64,000 nt of DNA, from NCBI GenBank assembly GCA_016699425.1, contig CP064975.1, forward strand, positions 194,979-258,978. The letters run 5' to 3'. Numbering within the stretch: the stretch's first letter is position 1; each line of letters starts with the position of its first letter. Below are positions 1-9,274 of the stretch, one piece after another. Below the pieces are notes generated by a model. It was not told where the DNA came from. It saw only the letters and a list, made by a program, of their open reading frames with translations, and made no database searches. Origin of the DNA: Candidatus Moraniibacteriota bacterium. Its GTDB lineage: Bacteria; Patescibacteriota; Minisyncoccia; Moranbacterales; UBA1568. The translations under genes were made by a program, and so were the position numbers.

Positions 1-978
1 CGCACCGAGATTGGCATCGACGAGCATGAGGTAGTCATTGTTCCAGTCGGTATTGACCGTACCATCCCACTTCACGCCAGCGACGATATCTTGGAGCGCA
101 GTGTCTTTGAAGGAGAGCATGACATTTTTCTCTCCGAGCTCACGATGAGCGAACTCGATCATCTTGGGGATGTTCTCGACGGTGGCGAGGCGCTTCACCA
201 TCTCGGTGGCGAGGACTTTCATGATTGCCTTGCGGTTCTGCTTCAATTCGGCGGCGACATCATCCCCGAGATAGGCCTTTTCCACCACTTCCTCGAGCTT
301 CAGCGCACCACCGTCGGACGTGAAAGTAGTGGAGTAACCCGGTGGTGTGATCGGTCCGGTGATGACGAGCGCATGGTCGAAGACATTGGCATTGATCGCG
401 ATCACTCCATCGAATTTTTGACCACCACCAGCCAGTCGATAGAAATATTCAGCCTTGGCAGCGTTGGTCGGGAAATCCGGCGAAAAATTCGAATCGCGCA
501 TCTTCCAGCGTTTCAGCTGGAGCTTGCGGGTGAGGGGATAGGGCGGTGTAATTTTCACCGTGATGCGCTGGTCGAGCAAGTTGGCATCCTCGACGAAGGT
601 CGAGAGGACCTGACCGTCTTTCACCTTTACGATCGCGTACTGGCCGAGGAAGCCGCCGCCGGGGCGGAGCTCGTAATTATTCTGAAGCAGCACGAGATAA
701 GTGCGCTGAATTCCGTCCTTCTTCAGGAGCGCTTCGGCGAGCTGGTTGACGGCGGCAAGTTCTTTTTTCGTATCGGCTTCGAGGGGGAGGAATTTGGAGA
801 CTTTGGCGATGGCAGAGAGGCCGCCGAGAGCAAACTCTTGCTTATGATCCTTGGCGAAAAAAACCGTCGCACCGCCGGCCAGGATGATGATGAGAGTGAG
901 GGCGATAAAAAAACGCTTCCAAGTGAACCATGACACCTTTCCTGGCGAGTAGCGCTCCTGGCTGGAATGTATTGCCAT
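1..978 (-). CDS. DUF4012 domain protein (N-terminal part; C-terminus runs past window start)
   Basis: Minus-strand frame open from ATG at 978 (cat at 976-978) to the window edge. Translation MAIHSSQERYSPGKVSWFTWKRFFIALTLIIILAGG... (TM anchor) then LVLLQNNYELRPGGGFLGQYA, a DUF4012-like motif. ORF-track entries 91..933(+) and 842..1153(-) are shadow or partial frames of this gene. Confidence 0.65.
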   Translation of the reverse strand, partial: MAIHSSQERYSPGKVSWFTWKRFFIALTLIIILAGGATVFFAKDHKQEFALGGLSAIAKVSKFLPLEADTKKELAAVNQLAEALLKKDGIQRTYLVLLQNNYELRPGGGFLGQYAIVKVKDGQVLSTFVEDANLLDQRITVKITPPYPLTRKLQLKRWKMRDSNFSPDFPTNAAKAEYFYRLAGGGQKFDGVIAINANVFDHALVITGPITPPGYSTTFTSDGGALKLEEVVEKAYLGDDVAAELKQNRKAIMKVLATEMVKRLATVENIPKMIEFAHRELGEKNVMLSFKDTALQDIVAGVKWDGTVNTDWNNDYLMLVDANLGA

Positions 979-1311
979 AATGTTTGTTTGAGTTCTCTAT
1001 TTTTTCAAAGACAAAAGGTGCGGTGGTGAACCAAGTTGGTATGAGAGATGAGAAAAATCTATTTTGATACTCCCCAATGATACCAAGAAGTGCGGGCTTT
1101 GACGAACGCTTGATTTGCTCACGCGCATGAGCTATAAAGAGTGTGTTTCGCACTCTGATTGGTAATACGATCAGGGCGTCGAATCAGGCGAGATTAGCCC
1201 GCCCGCAGTGGTACGCGCAGTGTTTCGGGCATATATACTGTGTATAGTACCTGCCTACCGCAGCCATGCATGACCTTAATTAGATACGGCGAATCTTCGA
1301 GTTTCCAATTA

Positions 1312-1382
1312 GCGGGTATAGTATAGTGGTAATACGTGACCTTCCCAAGGTTAAGCGACGAGTTCGATTCTCGTTACCCGCT
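1312..1382 (+). tRNA. tRNA-Gly (anticodon CCC)
   Basis: Cloverleaf read by eye: acceptor GCGGGTA/TACCCGC, D-stem GTAT/ATAC, anticodon stem TGACC/GGTTA with loop TTCCCAA, T-arm ACGAG-TTCGATT-CTCGT, discriminator T. CCA is not encoded. The spurious ORF 1326..1592 overlaps it. Confidence 0.8.
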
Positions 1383-1482
1383 CAATGTTTTTTAGGTGAG
1401 GCATGGGTTCCCTGCCTGTCGGCGGCAGGGATTTACGTATCTCGCCTAGTACTGAACGGCAGTGGTATACTGGAGGAAATAT

Positions 1483-2253
1483 ATGGCGAACAAGAATTTC
1501 TCATTCGGCGAGGCGTTTGGGGCCGGCTGGGCGAAGCTGAAAGAGCACTGGGTGTTTCTCATCGTAGCCTACATGACGGTTCTCGTAGTTAGCGGCCTGT
1601 TCAGCGCGATCGCACAAGGGCCATACCAGGGCATCGAACCGACGAGTGGTCTGCTCGAACTCATCGGATTCCTGATCCGTATCTGGTTGAATTTCAACTT
1701 TCTCGTCATCACGATCCGCCTCTTCGACGATGTGAAACCAGCGTGGCGCGACCTCTTTGTCTGGCGCGAAGAAACTATTCCCTATGTCGGAGCCTCGATC
1801 CTCTATGTGTTGATCGTGTGCCTCGGTCTCATTGCCTTCATCATTCCAGGAATCTACTTCTCGGTGAAGTATAGCTTTTACGGGTTTCTCATTGCCGACA
1901 AGAAGATGGGAGCATTTGACGCCTTGAAGGCGAGTGGTCAGATGACAGACGGAGTGAAGTGGCTCCTCATCGGATTCGGCTTTGCCTCTGCGGGCGTCGT
2001 CCTCCTCGGCGCTTTGGCACTCGGTGTCGGGCTTCTGATCGCATTACCAGTCATTTCACTCGCGCTTGTCGCTGTCTACCGCTCACTCTATGATCAGACC
2101 TTTGATCTGGTGACGGCGACTCCGGGGACGGTCGTCACTACCTCACTCGCAGAGATGTTGGTTGTTCCCGATCCCGAGACTTCGGCTGCATCCAAGGCCA
2201 AGGTTCCAGAAGTCATGGTTACCCCAGCCCCCCAGACTTCAGAGAAACAGTAG
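1483..2253 (+). CDS. hypothetical integral membrane protein (multi-TM)
   Basis: GGAGG RBS 8 nt before ATG 1483 (internal M of ORF 1462..2253). Translation MANKNFSFGEAFGAGWAKLKEHWVFLIVAY... contains several hydrophobic helices and a Pro/Thr/Ser-rich C-terminus. Confidence 0.6.
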   Translation: MANKNFSFGEAFGAGWAKLKEHWVFLIVAYMTVLVVSGLFSAIAQGPYQGIEPTSGLLELIGFLIRIWLNFNFLVITIRLFDDVKPAWRDLFVWREETIPYVGASILYVLIVCLGLIAFIIPGIYFSVKYSFYGFLIADKKMGAFDALKASGQMTDGVKWLLIGFGFASAGVVLLGALALGVGLLIALPVISLALVAVYRSLYDQTFDLVTATPGTVVTTSLAEMLVVPDPETSAASKAKVPEVMVTPAPQTSEKQ

Positions 2254-2333
2254 GTGTTTCCCACGTGTGTTGGCGACTCCACACCATCTGCTGCGCCAGT
2301 GAGGTATGAGTACCGTCAGCGGTTCACCTCAGA

Positions 2334-4289
2334 CTATTCGGCCTCCTTCGTCGCGACCGATGACTCGGTTAGCCAATCGTTCAAGAATCCGTTCAAACTG
2401 CTCTGCCAGTTAGCGAGGAAATCGTCGCTTTCAAAGAGTTCGAATGGGAACAGGGAGAGTGGGAACGTCGCGCGGGAGAGATGAAGCTTCTGAAAGAGTA
2501 CCGAGAACTCAGAAGATGATTTGATGGATTCTTGCGCCGGGTCATGGGCTCCCTCAACTGGCAGGGGGACATCCTCTGGTCCCATCGTCTCGCTGGTAGG
2601 TGTCGGAGCAGCAGTTTCGTCCGACACATTCGTTGTTGCCTCGGTTTCTTCGCTTGGTGCGGTGCTGGGATCTTCAGCCGCGCTCTCCTCGATCGGTTCG
2701 GCTGGCGTCGTGATGGTGACGAGTGACTGACCCTTTTCCTTCCTCAACAGGGTATCGTCGGCTAAGCTTTTTTCGAACTTATATTTCAGGTGTTGAATGG
2801 CTTTGCCATCCGGGGTGCGCAGCTCGACATGGCCACGCTCATTACCAAGGGTGAAGAGCGAGTGCGCGCGGGTGAGCCGTCTCACGGATTTCGGTGGGAT
2901 GATGAAATCTTCGCGGATCGGGTGATTAGTGATGGATTTCTTCTTGGTTCCCGTCGCGATACTGAAACCTTTTAAATTGATTTCGCGTTTTTCCCGATTC
3001 TCGATCTCAATCCACTCTAAATCTGAGTCATTGCCCTTGGGATTCGGCAAGAGAGAAACAATGCGGACTTTCGGCGCGGCATATTTCTCGATCTTGATAT
3101 CAAACGTCTCTCGCGTCGTATCGATACCGTCATCGGTCGTCAATGTGATCGTGTAGCGTCCGGACTTCACATATTTGTGCGACGTATTTTCTTTGAAACT
3201 TTTGTGGCCATCGCCGAAGTCCCAGGTGAATTTCAACTTGTCGCCGTCCGTGTCCTTGCCGCGGGCACGGAATTCGATCGCGAAGTTGCGGTGGCCTTTT
3301 TTCGGGACGCGTTCCTTCGTCACTGGATCGGTATTCTCACTATTCGCCGCACCCGGTGTCGGTTTGCGCGCCCCACGGAGTACTCCTGCGACGAGATTGA
3401 GGGAGACGCCTTCTTTCGTTTTCTCATACTGTACCCGATGCACGAGCCGCTTCTGGCTGTCGCTGAGTGAGAGCGTTTCGTGGGAATTGTTTAGTGACAA
3501 GGAAAACTCTTTGTCTGTGATGACGAGATAACTGAGGGCGGAAAGCGTCGTCCCGTCGGGAAAGACATATTTCCCCGTCGTTGGAGCGTCACGGAGTTCC
3601 CAGCCGGAGAGGTCGATAGTTTCCATGCCGGGGTGGTAGAGCTCGATGAATTCGCCCGCGTCACCCTTTTCTTTTGGGTTCGGTAGGACCTCATTGATGA
3701 ATAACTGATAGAGACTGGGTTTCGTTCCGGTGCCCACGGTTTCATCGGTGACGACAAAGAGCTCACCTCTCGAGTTTGTCGGTGTCAGGCTGATCGTCTT
3801 GGACCATGTGAGTGCGACAGGATCACGGACGAAGCTTTCTTTCTCTGCGGGATTGCCAAATTGCGTCGGTGCAAAGGGAAGTGCGTGCCCGGTGCCCCAG
3901 GTGAGCGAATCGATGAGCGTATCGTCTTTGTCATACAGCGCGAGGCTGTTGTTGTCCGACAGGCTCGAGCCGGTTGTCGCATCGGCATGGTCCTTATACA
4001 TACTCGCACTGTTCGCCCAGAGGAAATATCCGTGAGCAGGGATGCTGTCAGTACTGCCAAACGATTTCAGTGAACTACCCGTAGCGGTCATATCGCTGAC
4101 GCTCTTCCGGCGCAGGCTCCAACCCGACAGATTCACGGCTGTGTCGCTGCTATTGTAGAGTTCGGCGAACTCGTCTGAGGCTTTCGCACCAGCGATCGCT
4201 ACTTCACTGAGTATCACCGTGGCGAATACCGGAGTCGGAGCGAGGAGGATGATGATGCTAAGGGCGAAGAAATAAGAGCGTACGGACAT
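2334..4289 (-). CDS. secreted cell-surface protein with two lamin-tail domains (LTD) and a PKD domain
   Basis: Internal start MSVRSYFFALSIIILLAPTPVFA gives a signal peptide. Two LTD-like motifs: INEVLPNPKEKGDAGEFIELYHPG...LSGWELRD and IVSLLPNPKGNDSDLEWIEIEN...LKGFSI. PKD-like motif FTWDFGDGHKS...YVKSGRYTITLTTDDG. ORF-track 2334..4394 has a 35-aa 5' extension with no signal-peptide logic. Confidence 0.7.
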   Translation of the reverse strand: MSVRSYFFALSIIILLAPTPVFATVILSEVAIAGAKASDEFAELYNSSDTAVNLSGWSLRRKSVSDMTATGSSLKSFGSTDSIPAHGYFLWANSASMYKDHADATTGSSLSDNNSLALYDKDDTLIDSLTWGTGHALPFAPTQFGNPAEKESFVRDPVALTWSKTISLTPTNSRGELFVVTDETVGTGTKPSLYQLFINEVLPNPKEKGDAGEFIELYHPGMETIDLSGWELRDAPTTGKYVFPDGTTLSALSYLVITDKEFSLSLNNSHETLSLSDSQKRLVHRVQYEKTKEGVSLNLVAGVLRGARKPTPGAANSENTDPVTKERVPKKGHRNFAIEFRARGKDTDGDKLKFTWDFGDGHKSFKENTSHKYVKSGRYTITLTTDDGIDTTRETFDIKIEKYAAPKVRIVSLLPNPKGNDSDLEWIEIENREKREINLKGFSIATGTKKKSITNHPIREDFIIPPKSVRRLTRAHSLFTLGNERGHVELRTPDGKAIQHLKYKFEKSLADDTLLRKEKGQSLVTITTPAEPIEESAAEDPSTAPSEETEATTNVSDETAAPTPTSETMGPEDVPLPVEGAHDPAQESIKSSSEFSVLFQKLHLSRATFPLSLFPFELFESDDFLANWQSSLNGFLNDWLTESSVATKEAE

Positions 4290-4352
4290 AACCGGATATG
4301 GGTAAAATTTCTGAACGCTCCAGCCTAGCAGATCCGCCAGCAATTTCCAGTC

Positions 4353-4381
4353 TTGACAAAAAATTTCATTCATAGTTAGAT
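4353..4381 (+). promoter_or_regulatory. sigma70-like promoter (TTGACA-17-TTAGAT) upstream of CDS 4451
   Basis: TTGACA at 4353-4358, 17-nt spacer, TTAGAT at 4376-4381. AGGAG RBS at 4434-4438, 7 nt before the ATG. Confidence 0.4.
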
Positions 4382-4450
4382 ACCAGTCTGCCAACCAACT
4401 GGTTTGTGCAGAAAACAGCCCTTCGACAACTTGACTATTAGGAGCAAGAA

Positions 4451-5146
4451 ATGGCCATGTCCAGAAATCAGCTCAACCGTGCTATGAACGGCCTCCGTCC
4501 CGGTGATGTGCTCACGAACCTGAACTGCGGTGGCTGCCAGAACCGCCAGATCCTGGTCTTGGCCCGTGCCGGCGATTATCGCTACGACTTCTCGGTCCGT
4601 GCCGACGAGGTCAAAATCATTCGCGATTCCAAGGGCCCGTGGCGCTGGGTCGAGCACGAGCAGGTCTTCCGCAACAGCGATGGCCTGGTGCACGACCACA
4701 TCGGCACCGAGATCGAGGTGCGCGAGGGCGCTGGCTTACGCGAACTGCAGTGGTACCGCGAACTCCCGAGCCCGGGGCTGGTGCGTTTCCACATCGATCC
4801 GCGGGGCGCACTCGGTTCCTTCCGGGATCCGTCGACCGAGGCCAAGCTCGAAGCCATCGTCAATCGTTCCGACGACAACGATGGCTTTGCTCGCGACTTG
4901 CAGCAAGCCGTCGAACTCATCTTTGCCGGGTCAACGGACGCGGTGGACGAACGCCGTATGCGCTATCTCGTCAGCCTCGTCCACGCTGTCGGGCAAAAGC
5001 TCGGCCGCGACCGTCAACCGGGCGCTGAAGACATCCTCATGTCTATCCTCATGGGAGGTGAGGGCTTTGCTGATTTGCTGGGCGCCGCCGGTCGGGCCGA
5101 ACGTCACCGCGCCGAATCCAATGGCGCTACCCGCCGGTCCGCGTAA
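4451..5146 (+). CDS. hypothetical protein in a high-GC island
   Basis: 231-aa ORF with a good AGGAG RBS. GC is about 63% with strong GC3 bias, versus ~53% in the flanks, and several overlapping shadow ORFs typical of high-GC coding DNA. No recognisable domain. Confidence 0.55.
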   Translation: MAMSRNQLNRAMNGLRPGDVLTNLNCGGCQNRQILVLARAGDYRYDFSVRADEVKIIRDSKGPWRWVEHEQVFRNSDGLVHDHIGTEIEVREGAGLRELQWYRELPSPGLVRFHIDPRGALGSFRDPSTEAKLEAIVNRSDDNDGFARDLQQAVELIFAGSTDAVDERRMRYLVSLVHAVGQKLGRDRQPGAEDILMSILMGGEGFADLLGAAGRAERHRAESNGATRRSA

Positions 5147-5297
5147 ACAGGACTAAATAGTCCGGCTGAGTTCATTTGCGTCCATCATTATGGACACTGC
5201 GTCACATGGCGACCCCGCCTTGTGACGTTTTTTCTTTTCTTAAGCCAGTCGCTTTCCCTGCCATAAAGACGCATTTGGATGTCTTACCGCGGAATAC

Positions 5298-5324
5298 TTG
5301 ACAGTAATTGATCGCTTCTATAAG
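5298..5324 (+). promoter_or_regulatory. candidate rRNA operon promoter (TTGACA-15-TATAAG)
   Basis: TTGACA 5298-5303 and TATAAG 5319-5324, about 530 nt upstream of the 23S 5' end. The intervening leader is non-coding. Confidence 0.4.
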
Positions 5325-6091
5325 ATAGAGAAACCGCTTTAGAAACGGCAAAACATTACTCAACTGTGGAACTCAACGGTAACTAAATACGGATCGATTG
5401 AGTAGGGTGTATACCGGCTCAGAACCGGATTTTTTTTTGAAAACAAGCTTGTTCGGAAAGAGAGAGGTTTGGGCTTGCCCCGTACCACACCTGCCGAGGT
5501 ATGGTTATGAGGCAAAAGTTTTTTCTCGCAGCATCTCTGATCTGTCGTGAGTAACGATAGAAGCCAGGTGTGGTGATGGGGTGAAACTTCCTCCAGGATT
5601 CATCTTTCCGCGCAAGAAATCTTAACAATCATTGAAGTCTTTGTGAGTACGCCGAATATTGTGCCGCATGCGCGGGGCTAGGGCGAGTATACTCAAAAGT
5701 CAACGTTGTAAGGTCGCTGTATCATGTTTCGTCAAGGGACATGGTATGGCAAGCAATAGAAGAAACGGTGAAGTCTGCGCAAACATTCTTCATCGTCAAC
5801 TGAAGTGTCCGTGAGTGTTCTAGCAATAGAGCATTGGCGGACATTCAAATGAAAGCAGGTTACCAACGCAGAGTGTGGATGCCTTGACTTATGCAAGCGA
5901 CGAAGGACGTAGGAGGCTGCGAAAAGCCCCGGGGAGCTGTCAACCAAGCTGTGATCCGAGGATATCCGAATGGGGCAACCCTCTGGTAGCAATACCGGAA
6001 CGATAGTCTGAATACATAGGGCTACCGAGCAAACCCAGTGAATTGAAACATCTTAGTAGCTGGAGGAAAAGAAATTAATAAAGATTCCGTC

Positions 6092-6125
<34 letters not shown>

Positions 6126-6421
6126 ACCATGTTTACATGAGTGGGGTTGCAGGGCTGATGGACTCGATTGATCGGGGTCCAGTACAATCGTTAGGAGAAG
6201 GTTCTGGAAAGGACCACCACAGGGGGTAATAGTCCCGTATCCGAAAACGATTTGTACTTGATGCATCAGTTCCTAAGTAGGGCGGGGCCGGAGAAACCCC
6301 GTTTGAATCTGGGAGCACTAACTTCCAAGGCTAAACATTGCATAAGATCGATAGCGAACTAGTACCGTGAGGGAAAGGTGAAAAGCATCCCGAAAGGGAG
6401 GTGAAATAGAACTGAAACTCT

Positions 6422-6810
6422 CTGCTAACAAAGAGTCGGAGCCGTGCCTCAATTCTGTTGAGTACGGAATGACCCGCGTAACCGCTGACCAAACAACACT
6501 CAGTTTCAATGACTGAAACTTCATGCATTTCATTGAGGAAAAAACGGCGCGTGTATAGCTCAGTTGGTAGAGCGCTTCCTTGCCAAGGAAGAGGTCACGA
6601 GTTCGAGACTCGTTACGCGCTCCACTCTCCCTAGCTAGAGTGGTTATTCCTCGAACGGTGAAGGTACAATGTATCCTCGCCTCCTCAATGAAGTGCATGA
6701 ATACTTTCGGAATTTGAAATTGATTGTTTGTATTCTTTTGGCGGATAGGTGGCATTCTGTAGTGGATAGAATTGAGGTACGGTGACGGCGTGCTTTTTGC
6801 AGCACGATCC
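6422..6810 (+). other. intervening sequence / expansion at 23S helix 25 (about E. coli positions 530-580) containing a tRNA gene
   Basis: 23S collinearity breaks after GAACTGAAAC (6412-6421) and resumes near TGTACGGTTTGTCTAAGGGATGACGAG...GTGAAAGCGAGCCTGAATAGGGCG (~6790-6860). An inverted repeat CTTCATGCATTTCATTGAGG (6524-6543) / CCTCAATGAAGTGCATGAAT (6683-6702) brackets the tRNA. Confidence 0.65.
6548..6623 (+). tRNA. tRNA-Gly (anticodon GCC) with encoded CCA, nested inside the 23S rRNA helix-25 intervening sequence
   Basis: Canonical cloverleaf. Acceptor GCGTGTA/TACGCGC (7 bp, one G-U), U8 A9, D-stem GCTC/GAGC with loop AGTTGGTA. Anticodon stem CTTCC/GGAAG with loop TTGCCAA, variable AGGTC, T-arm ACGAG-TTCGAGA-CTCGT, discriminator T, CCA at 6621-6623. 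Confidence 0.85.
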
Positions 6811-7939
6811 AACGAGTTTGTTCTGTACGGTTTGTCTAAGGGATGACGAGTTCCGGAGACATAGTGAAAGCGAGCCTGAATAGGGCGAAATTATAATCGT
6901 ATGGACAAGACCCGAAGCCGGGCGAGCTACACTTGAGCAGGGTGAAGCGTGGGTAAAACCACGTGGAGGCCCGAACCCACTCGCTGTGCAACACGAGGGG
7001 ATGACTTGAGTGTAGGGGAGAAATTCCAATCGAGCTCGGCAATAGCTGGTTCTCTCCGAAATAGCTTGAGGGCTAGCGTCCTGTGTATATTTATCCGAGG
7101 GGTAGAGCTACTGGATGAGACTCCGCGCGCAAGCGTAGGTGTCTCAACCAAACTCCGAATACTCGAGATAACGAACAGGGCAGTCAGTACTACGGGGCTA
7201 AGCTCGTAGCACAAAAGGGAAACAGCCCAGATCGTCAGCTAAGGTCCCTAAATCTATGCTAAGTGGGAAAGGAAGTGGAAACTCTCAGACACTGAGGAGG
7301 TTGGCTTAGAAGCAGCCATCCTTTAAAGAGTGCGTAATAGCTCACTCATCTAGAGATTCTGCGCCGACAATGTAACGGGGCTAAGCATAGTACCGAAGCT
7401 ACGGATTTCGTCGCAAGACGGAGTGGTAGGAGAGCGTCCCATGTGCACCGAAGCGGAAGGGCGACTGACCGTGGAGCGCATGGAAGTGAGAATGTTGGAA
7501 TGAGTAACCGCAATGTGAGTGAGATCCTCACACATCGAAAGTCCGAGGTTTCCTGGGCCATGGTGATCACCCCAGGGTTAGTCGGTCCTAAGGCGAGGCT
7601 GAAAGGCGTAGTCGATGGACATCAGGTTAATATTCCTGAACTAGGGTTTTATTCGAAGGAGTGACGCATCGTTGTATCGTTCGCCCCTTATTGGATTGGG
7701 GTCGTGTTTCTGAGGATGTCATGTAGGCAAATCCGCATGGCGCGTATCCGATGGAAATGGGCGTGGTCCCGCTTCGGCGGGACGAAGGGAAGAGAGCACG
7801 GTGCCAGGAAAAGCTTCTTAGTTATGTAAAACTCTATCCGTACCGCAAACCGACACAGGTGGACAGGGCGAGTAGCCTAAGATGAACGGGAGAGCATTCG
7901 TTAAGGAACTAGGCAAAAAAGCTAGACGTAAGTTCGCAA

Positions 7940-8446
7940 TATGTCTTCCCGGCTTTACATTCAGTTCTTCAGAATCATTGAAGAAGATGAGTCAATCGGG
8001 GAAGTCAAGGAGAAATAGGAATTTTTGGAACGAAGGTGGAACATGTGGTGTTGTATGGCTGTCGTCAGCTCCGTGTCGTGAGATGCTGGAGAGCGAGCGC
8101 AACCCCTTTGCTAGCTGCTCTTCTGCAATTCGAGAAGCGCGCAGCTGGGACTGCCGGTGACAAACCGGAGGAAGGTGGGGATGACGATCCAGTCCTCGTA
8201 GCCCATGAAGTGGCCCGGCGAACGCCGCGCCAGTAACCACAGCCGTGGCCAGCAGCCGCGGTAATCACGGTATTCGTTTCCAATTGGATCAGGCGGAGAG
8301 CGCTCCAAGGCAGGGATTAGATACCCCGTGCACGCGCTCACGCCCTCCGTAATTCCTACGTTTCTTTTTCCTTGGTCTTCCCCGACCAATTTCTTCTTCG
8401 TGAGGACTGAAGGTTTGAATGTAAAGTCGGGCGCAGCGAAAGTTTT
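7940..8446 (+). other. ~500-nt expansion in 23S helix 63 region composed of rearranged 16S rRNA-like segments
   Basis: Lies between 23S ...GGAACTAGGCAAAAAAGC...CGCAATATGTCTTCCCGGC and ...CAAGCAACTGTTTACCAAAAACACAA. It carries 16S-type motifs: GGAACATGTGGTGTTGTATGGCTGTCGTCAGCTCCGTGTCGTGAGATG, GAGCGCAACCCC, and GACTGCCGGTGACAAACCGGAGGAAGGTGGGGATGACG (8150-8187, 16S ~1175-1200). Then GTGGCCAGCAGCCGCGGTAAT (8246-8266, 16S ~515) and GGATTAGATACCCC (8314-8327, 16S ~790). Their order does not match 16S order. Confidence 0.6.
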
Positions 8447-8905
8447 TCAAGCAACTGTTTACCAAAAACACAACTCTCTGCAAACCCGCAAGGGGAAGTA
8501 TAGGGGGTGACACCTGACCAGTGCTGGAACGTTAACGGGAGCGGTTCACGCCAATCCCCGAAGCGCCAGTGAACGTCGGCGATAACTATAATCGTCCTAA
8601 GGTAGCGAAATTCCTTGTCAGGTAAGTTCTGACCCGCATGAAAGGTGTAATGACTTGAAAACTGTCTCAACGAACATCCCGGTGAAATTGCAATGACGGT
8701 AAAGATGCCGTCGACCTGCAGCAAGACGAAAAGACCCCATGGAGCTTTACTACAACTTGGTATTGACTTAGAGTTTTTGTTGCCGAGCATAGGTGGGAGA
8801 CGTTGAAGCGCGGGTTCAGGCCTGCGTGGAGTCAACACTGGAATACCACCCTGCAAGAATTCTAATTCTAACCTGCCACCATAATCTGGTGGGGGGACAG
8901 TGCCT

Positions 8906-8940
<35 letters not shown>

Positions 8941-9160
8941 AAGCAACGGAGGCGTTTACAAAGGTAGGCTAGGCCCGGATGGAAATCGGGCCGATAGCGC
9001 AAACGCACAAGCCTGCTTTACTGAAAGACTCATCAGTCGATCAGTCACGAAAGTGGAAGTTAGTGAACCGACCATCACTCGTAGGAGTGTGGAAGATCAT
9101 CAGATAAAAGTTACCCTGGGGATAACAGGCTGATCCTATCCAAGAGTCCATATCGACGAT

Positions 9161-9203
<43 letters not shown>

Positions 9204-9274
9204 GAGAAGCTCCCAAGGGTTTGGCTGTTCGCCAATTAAAGCGGTACGTGAGCTGGGTTCAAACCGTGAAGCAG

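Noticed and set aside
91-933. 280-aa plus-strand ORF at the window start
   Set aside because: It is the antisense shadow of the minus-strand DUF4012 gene (1..978), which has a clear TM anchor and the DUF4012 motif. The plus-strand translation is compositionally odd, with no start context.
4530-5156. Overlapping alternative-frame ORFs (4530..5156+, 4582..4920-, 4617..4811-, 4639..5028+)
   Set aside because: Typical high-GC shadow frames. Only 4451..5146 has an RBS plus ATG and a non-repetitive translation.
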